A stretch of 46,500 nucleotides of DNA from an uncultured Hyphomicrobiales bacterium (lineage in GTDB: Bacteria; Pseudomonadota; Alphaproteobacteria; UBA7879), in the NCBI GenBank assembly GCA_964402405.1, contig CAYOCE010000004.1, positions 1 to 46,500 on the forward strand, in the 5' to 3' direction. Positions 19,679-28,739 of this stretch are shown in pieces (positions within the stretch are counted from its first letter, which is position 1; every line of letters begins with the position of its first letter). Position numbers and translations under genes: made by a program. Under the pieces are notes generated by a model, which was given only the letters and a program-made list of their open reading frames with translations, had not been told where the DNA came from and did not search any database.

Positions 19679-21466
19679 ATGTTGCAAAATATCCCCAATA
19701 AGATCGCAGCCTTACGTCAGGAGTTAGGTAAGCTAGGCATTAATGGATTCTTTCAAACACTGGCAGATGAATATCACAATGAATATACACCTGAGTACGC
19801 AAAACGTATTCAATGGGTGTCTGGGTTTTTGGGATCCGTCGGAATGTTTGTGCAGATACCCAATCGTACCGCTCTATTTGTAGATTCAAGGTATACTCTT
19901 CAAGCTAAAAGAGAGGCCGGACCCCATGGTATTGATATAGAACCTTACGGCTTTGAAAATATTAAAGATTGGATTGCTAAACATCACAAAGGCCCCTTGA
20001 CCATAGGGTTTGACCCCTGGATTTTATCCCATCGAGAATACCTTGATTTATCCAAGATTTTTGAAAATACCTCTATTCAATTACACCCCCTTCCAAAAAA
20101 TCCTATTGATGCTATATGGCATGATCAGCCTGCAAAACCTAACAACCCCATATCTTTGTATGAGATGAAATATGCTGGGAAATCACGCCAAGATAAAATT
20201 AAGCAAATTGCGGATCTCTTGCAGCGCAAAAAAGTAGATGGATTATTCTTGGCGGGCTTGGATTCTATTGCGTGGTTGTTAAATTTACGGGGAACTGATG
20301 TCTTGTATGTTCCTGTTTTCCTAAGTTATTTACTAATGGATCAACAAGGAAATATTATCCTTTTTGCCGATATTAAAAGATTCGCCAAAGAGACGATTCA
20401 GGATTTGGGACCTACCATAAAAATTGTAGACGAAGCTCTATTAGAGACGCATTTGAAAATGTTGGGAAGCCAAAAAAAATGTATTTGGATTTCACCTGCG
20501 ACAACCCCCTATCACATTAGCAAAATCATTCAAGACAATGGCGGTAAATTATATGTTGATTTGGATCCTTGCCAATTACCTAAGGCTATAAAAAATGCCA
20601 CAGAATTAGAAGCAATACGTCAAGGGCATGTTCAAGACGGGGTAGCAATGGTTAAATTTTTAGCCTTTCTGGAGGATAAAATTGGGAAAGAACCCCACAC
20701 AGAATTTTCGCTCGCTTCCCAATTAAATAAATTCCGTTTGGAGACCCCTCTTTGTCTTGACCTTAGCTTTTTTCCTATTTCAGCGGTCGGGCCTAATTCA
20801 ACAGCCCCCCACTATAGACCCTATGAAGATCAGTCATTACTCGTAAACTTAGGAGATATTTACCTTATTGATTCTGGTGGACAATATAAGGGGGCCACCA
20901 CAGATATAACGCGGGTTATTGCCCTTGGGGGAAATCCTACCCCTCAGCAGAAGAAAATTTATACGTTGGTTTTAAAAGGGCATATTACTCTTGCTCGGGC
21001 TCAGTTTCCCAAAGGTACCAGTGGAGTGCAACTAGATACTCTTGCACGATATGCTTTATGGCAGAGGGGGTATAATTATGGACATGGCACGGGGCATGGG
21101 GTCGGATCTTATTTAAGTGTTCATGAGGGCCCCCAAGGCATTTCCTCTAAAAATACGGTTCCTCTTGAGGAGGGAATGGTTTTGTCCAATGAACCAGGAT
21201 GTTATCTGGAAGGAGATTTTGGGGTACGCATTGAAAATGTAGTCATTGTGGTTAAGAGCACAGTAATCCCCTCATCAGAAGAAATGTTCGAATTGGAGAC
21301 AGTAACGCTTGCTCCGTTGGATTGTAATCTGATTGATCGAGATTTATTGGATTTGAATGAAATTGAGTGGATAAATACGTACCACAGACGGGTCTATGCA
21401 ACCCTTAGCCCCTATCTAGATTCAATCCTGGCAAAGTGGTTGAAGGATAAAACGCAAGCGATTTAA
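19679..21466 (+). CDS. aminopeptidase P family (M24B) Xaa-Pro aminopeptidase, long form
   Basis: 595 aa. The C-terminal pita-bread metal ligands are D..D (IDSGGQY..TTDITR), HGTGHGVG, SNEPGCY and ENV. Confidence 0.88.
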   Translation: MLQNIPNKIAALRQELGKLGINGFFQTLADEYHNEYTPEYAKRIQWVSGFLGSVGMFVQIPNRTALFVDSRYTLQAKREAGPHGIDIEPYGFENIKDWIAKHHKGPLTIGFDPWILSHREYLDLSKIFENTSIQLHPLPKNPIDAIWHDQPAKPNNPISLYEMKYAGKSRQDKIKQIADLLQRKKVDGLFLAGLDSIAWLLNLRGTDVLYVPVFLSYLLMDQQGNIILFADIKRFAKETIQDLGPTIKIVDEALLETHLKMLGSQKKCIWISPATTPYHISKIIQDNGGKLYVDLDPCQLPKAIKNATELEAIRQGHVQDGVAMVKFLAFLEDKIGKEPHTEFSLASQLNKFRLETPLCLDLSFFPISAVGPNSTAPHYRPYEDQSLLVNLGDIYLIDSGGQYKGATTDITRVIALGGNPTPQQKKIYTLVLKGHITLARAQFPKGTSGVQLDTLARYALWQRGYNYGHGTGHGVGSYLSVHEGPQGISSKNTVPLEEGMVLSNEPGCYLEGDFGVRIENVVIVVKSTVIPSSEEMFELETVTLAPLDCNLIDRDLLDLNEIEWINTYHRRVYATLSPYLDSILAKWLKDKTQAI

Positions 21467-21471
21467 AGGCC

Positions 21472-23355
21472 CTACGAAAGCAAATAGTGCACGTTGCTTA
21501 CCTTGCTTTCCTTTATATCTGGATCTTCGGGGATATAATTAGGGATATGTATAGGTAGTGTAATAGTCACAACGGTCCCCTCATGACGCTTGGAATGAAG
21601 GTGATATTTACCTTTATGCATCTCAACAACTTTTTTGATAAATCCAGAACTTAATGGGGTAACATTTAAAAATGGTAAACTTTCATTTATTCCTAGGTTA
21701 TGCTGGATGCGATGAATTTCTTCCTCATCCAAACCAAATCCATTATCTTTTATAATGATTTCTGCATACTTTGTATGCTCTTTCGTAACAACCCTAGAAG
21801 ATACCTGTATTTCGCTTAAATTAGGAAGATTATTAATAGATTCATAAATAATCCCCACGACAATTTGCTTAATTTTTAGTTTATCTGCATTTATATTAGG
21901 GATGTTTTCTTGTAAAGAGGTTGATATTTTGATCTTTTTAGAGAATGCTTCTTTTAAGTTAATTTGCACACACTGTTCCAAAAGCTCATTAATATCAAAA
22001 TCTATTAAATCAAGGGAGGTAAATGTTTTATAATTAATTTGTAAGGCAGCAGCTTTGATTTTGTTAATGCAATCAATTTCCTGATCATTGGTTAATTTCA
22101 AATGCTTCCCTTTTGACGAACTGTCTAAAAGAATATCTGTATAATTTAAGATGGTTTTTAAAGGGTGCTCAAAATCTTTGTAAAGGCTTTTAACAAATTC
22201 ATCCTTTGCATGATCAGAAGCACTAGCTATATTTTCTGCCAGCTCTAAGCGCTTTCGATACCTAGCTGTTTTTCTAAAATATCGGTTAACCAGCAATAAT
22301 CCTTTGGCTAAATTATGCATTTCTAAAGAGTTTTGCTTGGGCATTTTCATGTTGGTGTTGCTTGTAGAAATAAGAGATGCATATTTAGACAGTGCAGAAA
22401 TTGGGTTAATAATTATTTTTTTAAAGAAAAAAATGAATACAATACAGAAAACAGCAAGAGTGATAAATTGGTACAATTTTGTTAATACATTATCGTGTAG
22501 TTTTTTTATCCTGTAATCTTCATTATATCCTATAACAACTGTATATGGATAATTTTTTAACTTTTTATATTGAGAATAAGCAACATTATTAATCAGAATA
22601 GGGGTTTCCAGAGATTCTTTTGAACTATTTTCGTGGGAAAAAATAGGATCAAAAACAGACTTGTTTATATTCAAATTTGGAGGGGAAACAATAATATTTC
22701 TATCATTATCTATAATAATAAAATCTATTTTTAGTTTGTCTATTCTTTCTTCTAAGTGAGATCTAAGATTTTTTATTCTAAGCCCCACAAGTAAATATCC
22801 TAAAAATACCTTTTCTGAATTTTCTACACCCATAGCAATCGGTAAAACCACGTCCGTGGTAAATAAACTCCTGGTAAGAGCAGCTGTTTTCAAAACGCCG
22901 GGTTCTTTTTTTGCAGGCTCAAGATACTTTCGATTAGCAATACTAGGAGCATCTTTTCCTAATATTCCATGTCTTCCACTTACTACAACAGCACCAGAGG
23001 GGTCTGCCCAACTGATATAGGATGCTGCCATGGCTCGAATACCTAGCTCTCCAGGGACAGAAAGTTTTCGCGCAATTTCCTCAAGCATTTTCTTGGGTGG
23101 CCCCTTTATCTTGTCAATAGCCCCACTCACATATTTTAAAATAGTAGCGTTTTCTCTAAAAATTTCTTTAAGCTCTCCATGAATTCGAAAGGTCGCAATC
23201 TCCAATGCTGTCTTTCGCTCCATTTTGTAGTTTTCATACGCACTATGATAGTAGAACGCAGACACAGCTAAAATTGACAACAAAATAAATACAAAAAACA
23301 TATAGTAATCTGATAGGGATAAAACTCTAGATCTTAATTTTATTTTTTTCCACAT
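21472..23355 (-). CDS. membrane sensor histidine kinase (large periplasmic sensor domain)
   Basis: 627 aa with two TM helices (aa ~17-37 and ~295-315). H-box DFEHPLKTILNYTDILL, N-box region IIYESINNL, G1 KDNGFGL. The G2 box looks degenerate: PLSSGFIKKVVEMHKG where GxGLGL is expected. Confidence 0.82.
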   Translation of the reverse strand: MWKKIKLRSRVLSLSDYYMFFVFILLSILAVSAFYYHSAYENYKMERKTALEIATFRIHGELKEIFRENATILKYVSGAIDKIKGPPKKMLEEIARKLSVPGELGIRAMAASYISWADPSGAVVVSGRHGILGKDAPSIANRKYLEPAKKEPGVLKTAALTRSLFTTDVVLPIAMGVENSEKVFLGYLLVGLRIKNLRSHLEERIDKLKIDFIIIDNDRNIIVSPPNLNINKSVFDPIFSHENSSKESLETPILINNVAYSQYKKLKNYPYTVVIGYNEDYRIKKLHDNVLTKLYQFITLAVFCIVFIFFFKKIIINPISALSKYASLISTSNTNMKMPKQNSLEMHNLAKGLLLVNRYFRKTARYRKRLELAENIASASDHAKDEFVKSLYKDFEHPLKTILNYTDILLDSSSKGKHLKLTNDQEIDCINKIKAAALQINYKTFTSLDLIDFDINELLEQCVQINLKEAFSKKIKISTSLQENIPNINADKLKIKQIVVGIIYESINNLPNLSEIQVSSRVVTKEHTKYAEIIIKDNGFGLDEEEIHRIQHNLGINESLPFLNVTPLSSGFIKKVVEMHKGKYHLHSKRHEGTVVTITLPIHIPNYIPEDPDIKESKVSNVHYLLS

Positions 23356-23381
23356 TTCTTATTTTACACTCCAACAATTAC

Positions 23382-23840
23382 CTATAATTTACTCGCCAAC
23401 CATTCTGCAAAATTTTTATCAACCTCATGCTGGTTTTTACTAAGGGAATACTGGTAAACTTCTTTTATTAAGATCATAGCTTGCTCAGCAGAAAGAGAGA
23501 GGTTTTTGGTTTGTAAGGATAGAATTACTGCCGAAACAGTTTTTGAATATAAATCTGCATCCCACGGCGTTTTAGGCAGCTGGACCCCCATTTCTTTTTC
23601 CAGGGAAAAAAGAGAATCTTCTCTTTGTTTAACAGGGCTTCTATTTAGCAGATCATCAAGAGAACAGCCTAGGATATCAGCAATTGCAACCAGGGTTTCT
23701 GAGGTGGGGTTCTTAGAGCTTCCTCTTAAAATATTACCGATGACCCCTCTTTTAAGCCCCGCTTTCTTTTCCAAGGCAGCAGGAGACAGACTTTTTGATT
23801 CCATACGGGTTTTTAATTGTTGTTGAATATTAGGACTCAT
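23382..23840 (-). CDS. XRE-family helix-turn-helix transcriptional regulator with uncharacterised C-terminal domain
   Basis: 152 aa. HTH_3-like LSPAALEKKAGLKRGVIGNILRGSSKNPTSETLVAIADILGCSLDDLL. It lies 26 nt upstream of the kinase gene on the same strand, so the two are probably one operon. Confidence 0.82.
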   Translation of the reverse strand: MSPNIQQQLKTRMESKSLSPAALEKKAGLKRGVIGNILRGSSKNPTSETLVAIADILGCSLDDLLNRSPVKQREDSLFSLEKEMGVQLPKTPWDADLYSKTVSAVILSLQTKNLSLSAEQAMILIKEVYQYSLSKNQHEVDKNFAEWLASKL

Positions 23841-23888
23841 TTTAAGTACCCCTTTGATTTTTCTAAAAAATCATTAAATTTTTTACTT

Positions 23889-23917
23889 TTGACATTTTAG
23901 GTGTTGACATTTATAAA
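23889..23917 (+). promoter_or_regulatory. sigma70-like promoter (TTGACA-17-TATAAA) pointing toward the 24329 gene
   Basis: TTGACA at 23889-23894, a 17-nt spacer, then TATAAA at 23912-23917. Sequence match only. Confidence 0.45.
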
Positions 23918-23939
23918 CCACTCCCTTACGTTTATAAAC
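23909..23939. promoter_or_regulatory. pair of TTTATAAA-core palindromes 21 bp apart (candidate operator)
   Basis: atttataaac (23909-23918) and the perfect 10-bp palindrome gtttataaac (23930-23939). Centre-to-centre spacing is 21 bp, two helical turns. The first overlaps the -10 above. The pair lies in the divergent spacer next to the XRE gene. Confidence 0.4.
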
Positions 23940-24328
23940 ACTAACCGCCCTAAATTGGTCAGATATAAGTAGAGTAACTATACGTCGATTTGGATAGTAG
24001 TTCAAGGGGCAAAGAAGAAACAGGGTTGATTTTGTAAATAATACAAGAAAAACAGATGACTTATTTAAGTGGGGCTCTTCTCAGGGGTAGAAAATATGCC
24101 TGTACCTCCCCGACAAGAGCAGTTTTATTATAAGTCCGCAATGAGACATGTCAACAACCTTTTTGTTTGACACCCCTCTTCAAAACACATGCACCGCCTC
24201 ATCTATGCATAAAACCCCACGATTTTAAGAAGAAAATTTAATAAACTTCAGTCCTTACAATTTTTTTGAAATAAAAAATAATTTATGGTAATATAATTAT
24301 AATAATCAAAATATTGGGGGCAAAAAAA

Positions 24329-26080
24329 ATGAAAAAACTTTTCAAGTTATCATTAATAACGTTAGCAAGTTGTATATACTTCTCTAATGCACTATCTATA
24401 CCTAATATCCCCCATCCACAACTAACATCCGAGCGAACAATAGATCAACCAGTAGCTGACCCAGTGGATGATATAGAAGAAAAATTAGCAGAAAATGCAT
24501 TAATAACTTCTACTCTTCAAACAGAAATCAAACCATCTAAGGATCAAACACTCATCGATGGCCAGATAAATAGTCTATTAAGAGCAGTACATCAACCAAC
24601 GGATAATATAAGCCGAATCGTGGCCCTTGTTCTAATTAGGATGCTCCCACATGATTTTGAAACCCAAAAACGACTATATCCTGAAGTTCGGGCACGTTTA
24701 GAAGGCCGTGAAAAAGATATTAATAAACAGAATCTTAGGCATGAACTATATCTAATACAACGTCTTGTCAACATTATGCTCACACTTCCTCCTGAAAAAT
24801 TAAAGCAAATTATTGAAACAACTCAAAATAAGGTGGATAGACTTGTTAGGGATCCCTTCGGTCCTGAGGTTTTGCCATTAATGATCGCTGCCCTTCATAT
24901 TGAAAGCAGAGGTGAGGATTTAGCTAATCAGTGGGTTAGCTCAATTCCTTTACAAACCAGCTCAGATGAAACATATAATTTGTTCGCTAAAGATATTCTA
25001 CTAAGCATGCCTGACCAAGAATTTACGACCTTTGTAAAAAGGTGGCGAGAACTGGGACTAGGGGAGATGCATTGCTCCATTGATGATTTGAAAGAAATTA
25101 TTGATGTAATTAGGAAAGTATCCCACGATCAATGGAAATTGGCTTGTGATCGATTTAAAGACTTGCATATAGAAGGAATAGGAGATAGAGGACGGGTGCG
25201 TATTGCAGAGGCAATATCAAAACTTTCTAAATCTGATTGGGTTCTTTTGTCAACAAAATTGAATGCGTCAAATCATCCTATAACTGGTCAATCCGATGAT
25301 TTTATTAATAGCATTCCTAGGATACTACGCTCACCTCCTAAACATCCAGTAGTTGATATAAGGAATAAATCTGCTACCAGCACGTCATTTGAAGGTGTTA
25401 CTACTAATGGTCCGTCTAGCCCTGTTATGGCAGCAGCAAGTTCACCCCAGCCCTTGATCCAACTACCACAAGCCACAATCTCAATGCCCAAATTTAAAGC
25501 ATTTGATATAAGAGGCAGGAAATTTGGGAGCGCTACATCACCTAAGGAAACGACTGTTATTGAGAGTGACGAAATGAAGATCCTTAAAACACTTATAGCT
25601 ATGCCCAACACACCAGGTAGAGCGACTCCGAGCTTAAAAAAGAATAACCATACTTATTATCTATCAAATTTTAAATGCCCTGATAGCCTCTCTTTGCAGG
25701 GGATGCTTATTTCTATGGATCAATTAAAACACAGAGGATACCCTATGCAAATTATGGGATACAATCCTTGCGAGGGAAATGGGGAAAGTAGCCAAGAAAC
25801 TTGTGTTGTTTGGTCTCCTGATCCTACATTTAATAAAGTAGAGACCATTGTAAATCTTATAGAAGATATGGTAGGAGATCTTGTAAGTGTTTCTGTTCCT
25901 CCTCTGCCTGGAAATGCAACACTTGCATGCACTTATAGCAGAATGGATCATACACCATCAAATGGGATTCCCCCAACATTATCTGTATTACTCAAGACAC
26001 CTAAAAAACCCTGTGAATTTACGAAATCAAATGGCACGCTCTCTTGTTTGAGTTCTATTAAAGATCTGCCATCTGCTTAA
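24329..26080 (+). CDS. hypothetical secreted protein (orphan)
   Basis: The track ORF starts at TTG 24314. The ATG at 24329 gives MKKLFKLSLITLASCIYFSNALS, which looks like a signal peptide. There is a Ser/Pro-rich linker (PSSPVMAAASSPQPL) and a Cys-containing C-terminal domain. No family recognised. Confidence 0.65.
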   Translation: MKKLFKLSLITLASCIYFSNALSIPNIPHPQLTSERTIDQPVADPVDDIEEKLAENALITSTLQTEIKPSKDQTLIDGQINSLLRAVHQPTDNISRIVALVLIRMLPHDFETQKRLYPEVRARLEGREKDINKQNLRHELYLIQRLVNIMLTLPPEKLKQIIETTQNKVDRLVRDPFGPEVLPLMIAALHIESRGEDLANQWVSSIPLQTSSDETYNLFAKDILLSMPDQEFTTFVKRWRELGLGEMHCSIDDLKEIIDVIRKVSHDQWKLACDRFKDLHIEGIGDRGRVRIAEAISKLSKSDWVLLSTKLNASNHPITGQSDDFINSIPRILRSPPKHPVVDIRNKSATSTSFEGVTTNGPSSPVMAAASSPQPLIQLPQATISMPKFKAFDIRGRKFGSATSPKETTVIESDEMKILKTLIAMPNTPGRATPSLKKNNHTYYLSNFKCPDSLSLQGMLISMDQLKHRGYPMQIMGYNPCEGNGESSQETCVVWSPDPTFNKVETIVNLIEDMVGDLVSVSVPPLPGNATLACTYSRMDHTPSNGIPPTLSVLLKTPKKPCEFTKSNGTLSCLSSIKDLPSA

Positions 26081-26094
26081 ATTACTTCTCTTAT

Positions 26095-26122
26095 AACCCA
26101 TCCCCTATTATGGGGATGGGTT
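26095..26122. terminator. perfect 11-bp GC-rich hairpin between convergent genes (candidate bidirectional terminator)
   Basis: aacccatcccc (26095-26105) / ggggatgggtt (26112-26122) with loop tattat. It lies between the stop at 26080 and the hpf stop at 26149. The flanking T-tracts are weak. Confidence 0.5.
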
Positions 26123-26148
26123 ACTCTTATCACTTAATAACGACTCTT

Positions 26149-26739
26149 CTAAGCCTTTTTCATCATTTTGGTGCCATCTGGATCAATCCATCCAATATTG
26201 CCATCTTTTCTAAGATGCACCAAATTCAACCCTCCGTGGGCATTATTATAGAACAAAAGAAAAGTCTTATTGGCAAGATCCATGCGCATCACCGCCTCGC
26301 TAACCGTTAGGTGAGGAATTTCTGTTGACATCTCGGCAACGATACTAGGGTTCAGAGATTCTTCTTTCTCTACCACCTCAAAGTTGCGATAGTCAGAAGA
26401 CAAGACATATTGGAAGGCTCTTTTTTCTTGTTGTTGATGTTTATGGTGGTGAGTTCTCAATCTTGATTTATAGCGTCTTAAAGAACTCTCTAGCTTGTGA
26501 AGAGCCTCATCAAAGGCTTGATACGGCTCGCCATTCTCAGCGCCACCCCGAACTGTAATTCCCTTTCCCACATGGGCAGAAATATCAGAGATAACTCGGT
26601 GGTTTTCCTTTGTAAGCGTTATCTGAACATCAATGGGATGATCAAAATATTTCCCGATGATTTCTTTTCCTTTGGATTCAATATGATTTGTAAAAGCATC
26701 CCCAACTTCCATATGATTTCCCGTAATCGCAATTTTCAT
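26149..26739 (-). CDS. hpf: ribosome hibernation promoting factor, long form
   Basis: 196 aa. An N-terminal S30AE/sigma54-modulation fold (MKIAITGNHMEV...) is followed by a C-terminal dimerisation domain (IVAEM...PHLTVSEAVMRMDL..FLLFYN...NLVHLRKDGNIGWI). Confidence 0.9.
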   Translation of the reverse strand: MKIAITGNHMEVGDAFTNHIESKGKEIIGKYFDHPIDVQITLTKENHRVISDISAHVGKGITVRGGAENGEPYQAFDEALHKLESSLRRYKSRLRTHHHKHQQQEKRAFQYVLSSDYRNFEVVEKEESLNPSIVAEMSTEIPHLTVSEAVMRMDLANKTFLLFYNNAHGGLNLVHLRKDGNIGWIDPDGTKMMKKA

Positions 26740-26882
26740 AGTATCCTCCTTTGTAGAACTGTTTAGGACATAATACGCCCCGTCTTGGGCGTCTGCAATA
26801 GCGTGTGCAAAAAAAAATTGCTGTATTTGCTTAATTATGTTAGCATTAGATATATAACATAAAAAACTAAAGGGAGAGTCTC

Positions 26883-27473
26883 ATGAAGCCTATACATATT
26901 ACACTATCAATTTTAATATGCTTTTGTTCTTGTCTAAAAATAGATGCATTTCCAAAGCAAATTATGATTGTTCGCCATGCGGAAAAATTTGCAAATGCCT
27001 ATGACAAAACGCCGTTTGTTACAAATGGATTAACTCTAAAAGGGAATGAACGAGCCACAGCTTTAGCACCTTATTTCATGGCAGATCCTAAATTGACTAA
27101 ATTTGGCCCTCCTGTTGCGGTATATGCGACGACTCCTGATGAAAACTATGAATCCTTAAGACCCCTTGAGACTGCTCTCCCCACAGCGGCAGCCTTGAAA
27201 TTAGGGGTTCAGCAGCGCTCAAATGAAGCAGCTATGGTCAAAGAAATTCTAGAAAACCCAAGCTATGATGGTAAGAATGTTCTACTTTGTTGGGAGCATG
27301 TACGGATTTCTAATATAGTAAAAGCTTTGGGTGTATCCCCCTTACCAAAACCCTGGCCTTACGCCGTGTTTGATTGGGTTTACAGAATAGAGCTTGATGA
27401 TAATGGCAAAGTATCCACCTTTGAAATTCTTCCCCAAAAGTTGATGTATGGGGATTCTGAGACGGTTTCTTAG
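26883..27473 (+). CDS. secreted histidine phosphatase superfamily protein
   Basis: Signal-peptide-like N-terminus, then an IVRHAEK (RHG-type) catalytic motif and a downstream CWEH histidine. 196 aa. Confidence 0.7.
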   Translation: MKPIHITLSILICFCSCLKIDAFPKQIMIVRHAEKFANAYDKTPFVTNGLTLKGNERATALAPYFMADPKLTKFGPPVAVYATTPDENYESLRPLETALPTAAALKLGVQQRSNEAAMVKEILENPSYDGKNVLLCWEHVRISNIVKALGVSPLPKPWPYAVFDWVYRIELDDNGKVSTFEILPQKLMYGDSETVS

Positions 27474-27502
27474 CAGACTCAGAAGTATTATAGAACATAC
27501 TT

Positions 27503-28693
27503 TTAAGAAAGGTTGGAGATTACCTCTAAGAAGTCCGTAATGCCGATCGCTTGGGTATCATGGGACAAGGGAAATTGTTCTTGTCCGCCATAAACCACAA
27601 ACTTTTTGGTTGCTCCAATATCTTCGGCTGCTTTGTGAAAGCCTGCTGAAACTTTCGGCGCAACGGATCGTTTGATTTCCACAGCCCATGTTTCCTGGCG
27701 AGGCCCTTCTAGAACAAGATCTATTTCTGTCTGAGAAGCTGTACGATAATAACTGTATCGCCATTTATCAGAAAGGGAATTGATAATGTTCTCAATCAAA
27801 AAACCTTCCCAACTAGCCCCACAGTGAGGATGACCCAAAAGATCATCAAAAGAAGATAAGTTAAGCAATCTATGAAGGAGCCCTGTATCTCGTAAATATA
27901 TTTTAGGAGATTTTACCAACCGTTTTTTTGTATTGCCGGACCAGGGTTGAATTTGGCGTACCATATAGAAATCAGTGAGTATATCCAGATAGTTTCTAAT
28001 GGTTGTATGGTTGGATTCTAAGCTTTTTCCAATTCCCGATAGATTAATTTGTTGGCCATGGTAATGGGCCAGCATTTGCCAAAATCGCTTTATCTGAGAT
28101 GCAGCAACCTTGGGCCCCATCAAAGGAATATCCCTTTCTACATAAGTTGCGATAAAATCCCCTCGCCAAAGCCAGCTTTCTTCATCATTTGGGGCTAAAT
28201 AACTATTGGGAAATCCCCCTCGAAACCAAAGCTTATCAGGATTAAACCCCAATCCCTCTGTATGGCGGATTTCTTTGATCAAAAAAGAAGTTAGTTCAAG
28301 ATATCTGATGCGCCCTGCAAGTGTTTCGGAAGAATGTTGGAGCAAATCACGAGAAGCAGATCCAAGCAACAAAAACTGTCCGGATGTCTCTCCTTGCCTT
28401 TTGCGATAATCAACTAATCCTCGGAGCACCCGAAATAGATCGGGTTTGCGTTGAACTTCATCAATAATTAATAGGGTATCGGAAAATTGCCTTAAATATG
28501 TTTCTGGGTCCTCTAATCGCGCAAGATCTGAATCAAGCTCCAAATCCATGTAATGAATTTTTTTTCCAATTTTTTTATGTACCAAGTCAAGAGCAAGAGT
28601 AGTCTTTCCCACTTGTCTTGGCCCTAAAAGAGCAACAACTGGCACCGCATTAATGGCCCCTATTAAATTTTTTTCAAGAGTTCGTATAATCAT
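27503..28693 (-). CDS. AAA-family ATPase fused to a C-terminal PD-(D/E)XK-like domain (AAA_14/DUF4143-type architecture)
   Basis: Walker A GPRQVGKTT and Walker B LLIIDEVQ. The C-terminal motif TEIDLVLEG...WAVEIKRS (nt 27669-27730) fits D-x(n)-E-x-K. Confidence 0.82.
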   Translation of the reverse strand: MIIRTLEKNLIGAINAVPVVALLGPRQVGKTTLALDLVHKKIGKKIHYMDLELDSDLARLEDPETYLRQFSDTLLIIDEVQRKPDLFRVLRGLVDYRKRQGETSGQFLLLGSASRDLLQHSSETLAGRIRYLELTSFLIKEIRHTEGLGFNPDKLWFRGGFPNSYLAPNDEESWLWRGDFIATYVERDIPLMGPKVAASQIKRFWQMLAHYHGQQINLSGIGKSLESNHTTIRNYLDILTDFYMVRQIQPWSGNTKKRLVKSPKIYLRDTGLLHRLLNLSSFDDLLGHPHCGASWEGFLIENIINSLSDKWRYSYYRTASQTEIDLVLEGPRQETWAVEIKRSVAPKVSAGFHKAAEDIGATKKFVVYGGQEQFPLSHDTQAIGITDFLEVISNLS

Positions 28694-28739
28694 GAACCCA
28701 GAATACCACTAAAAGTTTCAATTTGCAAGATTTTAGGTG

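Noticed and set aside
23940-24313. A tRNA, tmRNA or other standard RNA gene in the long spacers (also 14845-15240 and 39402-39836).
   Set aside because: No cloverleaf-compatible arms and no GTTCRANYC T-loop motifs were seen. Only an Infernal/tRNAscan run could fully exclude small RNAs.
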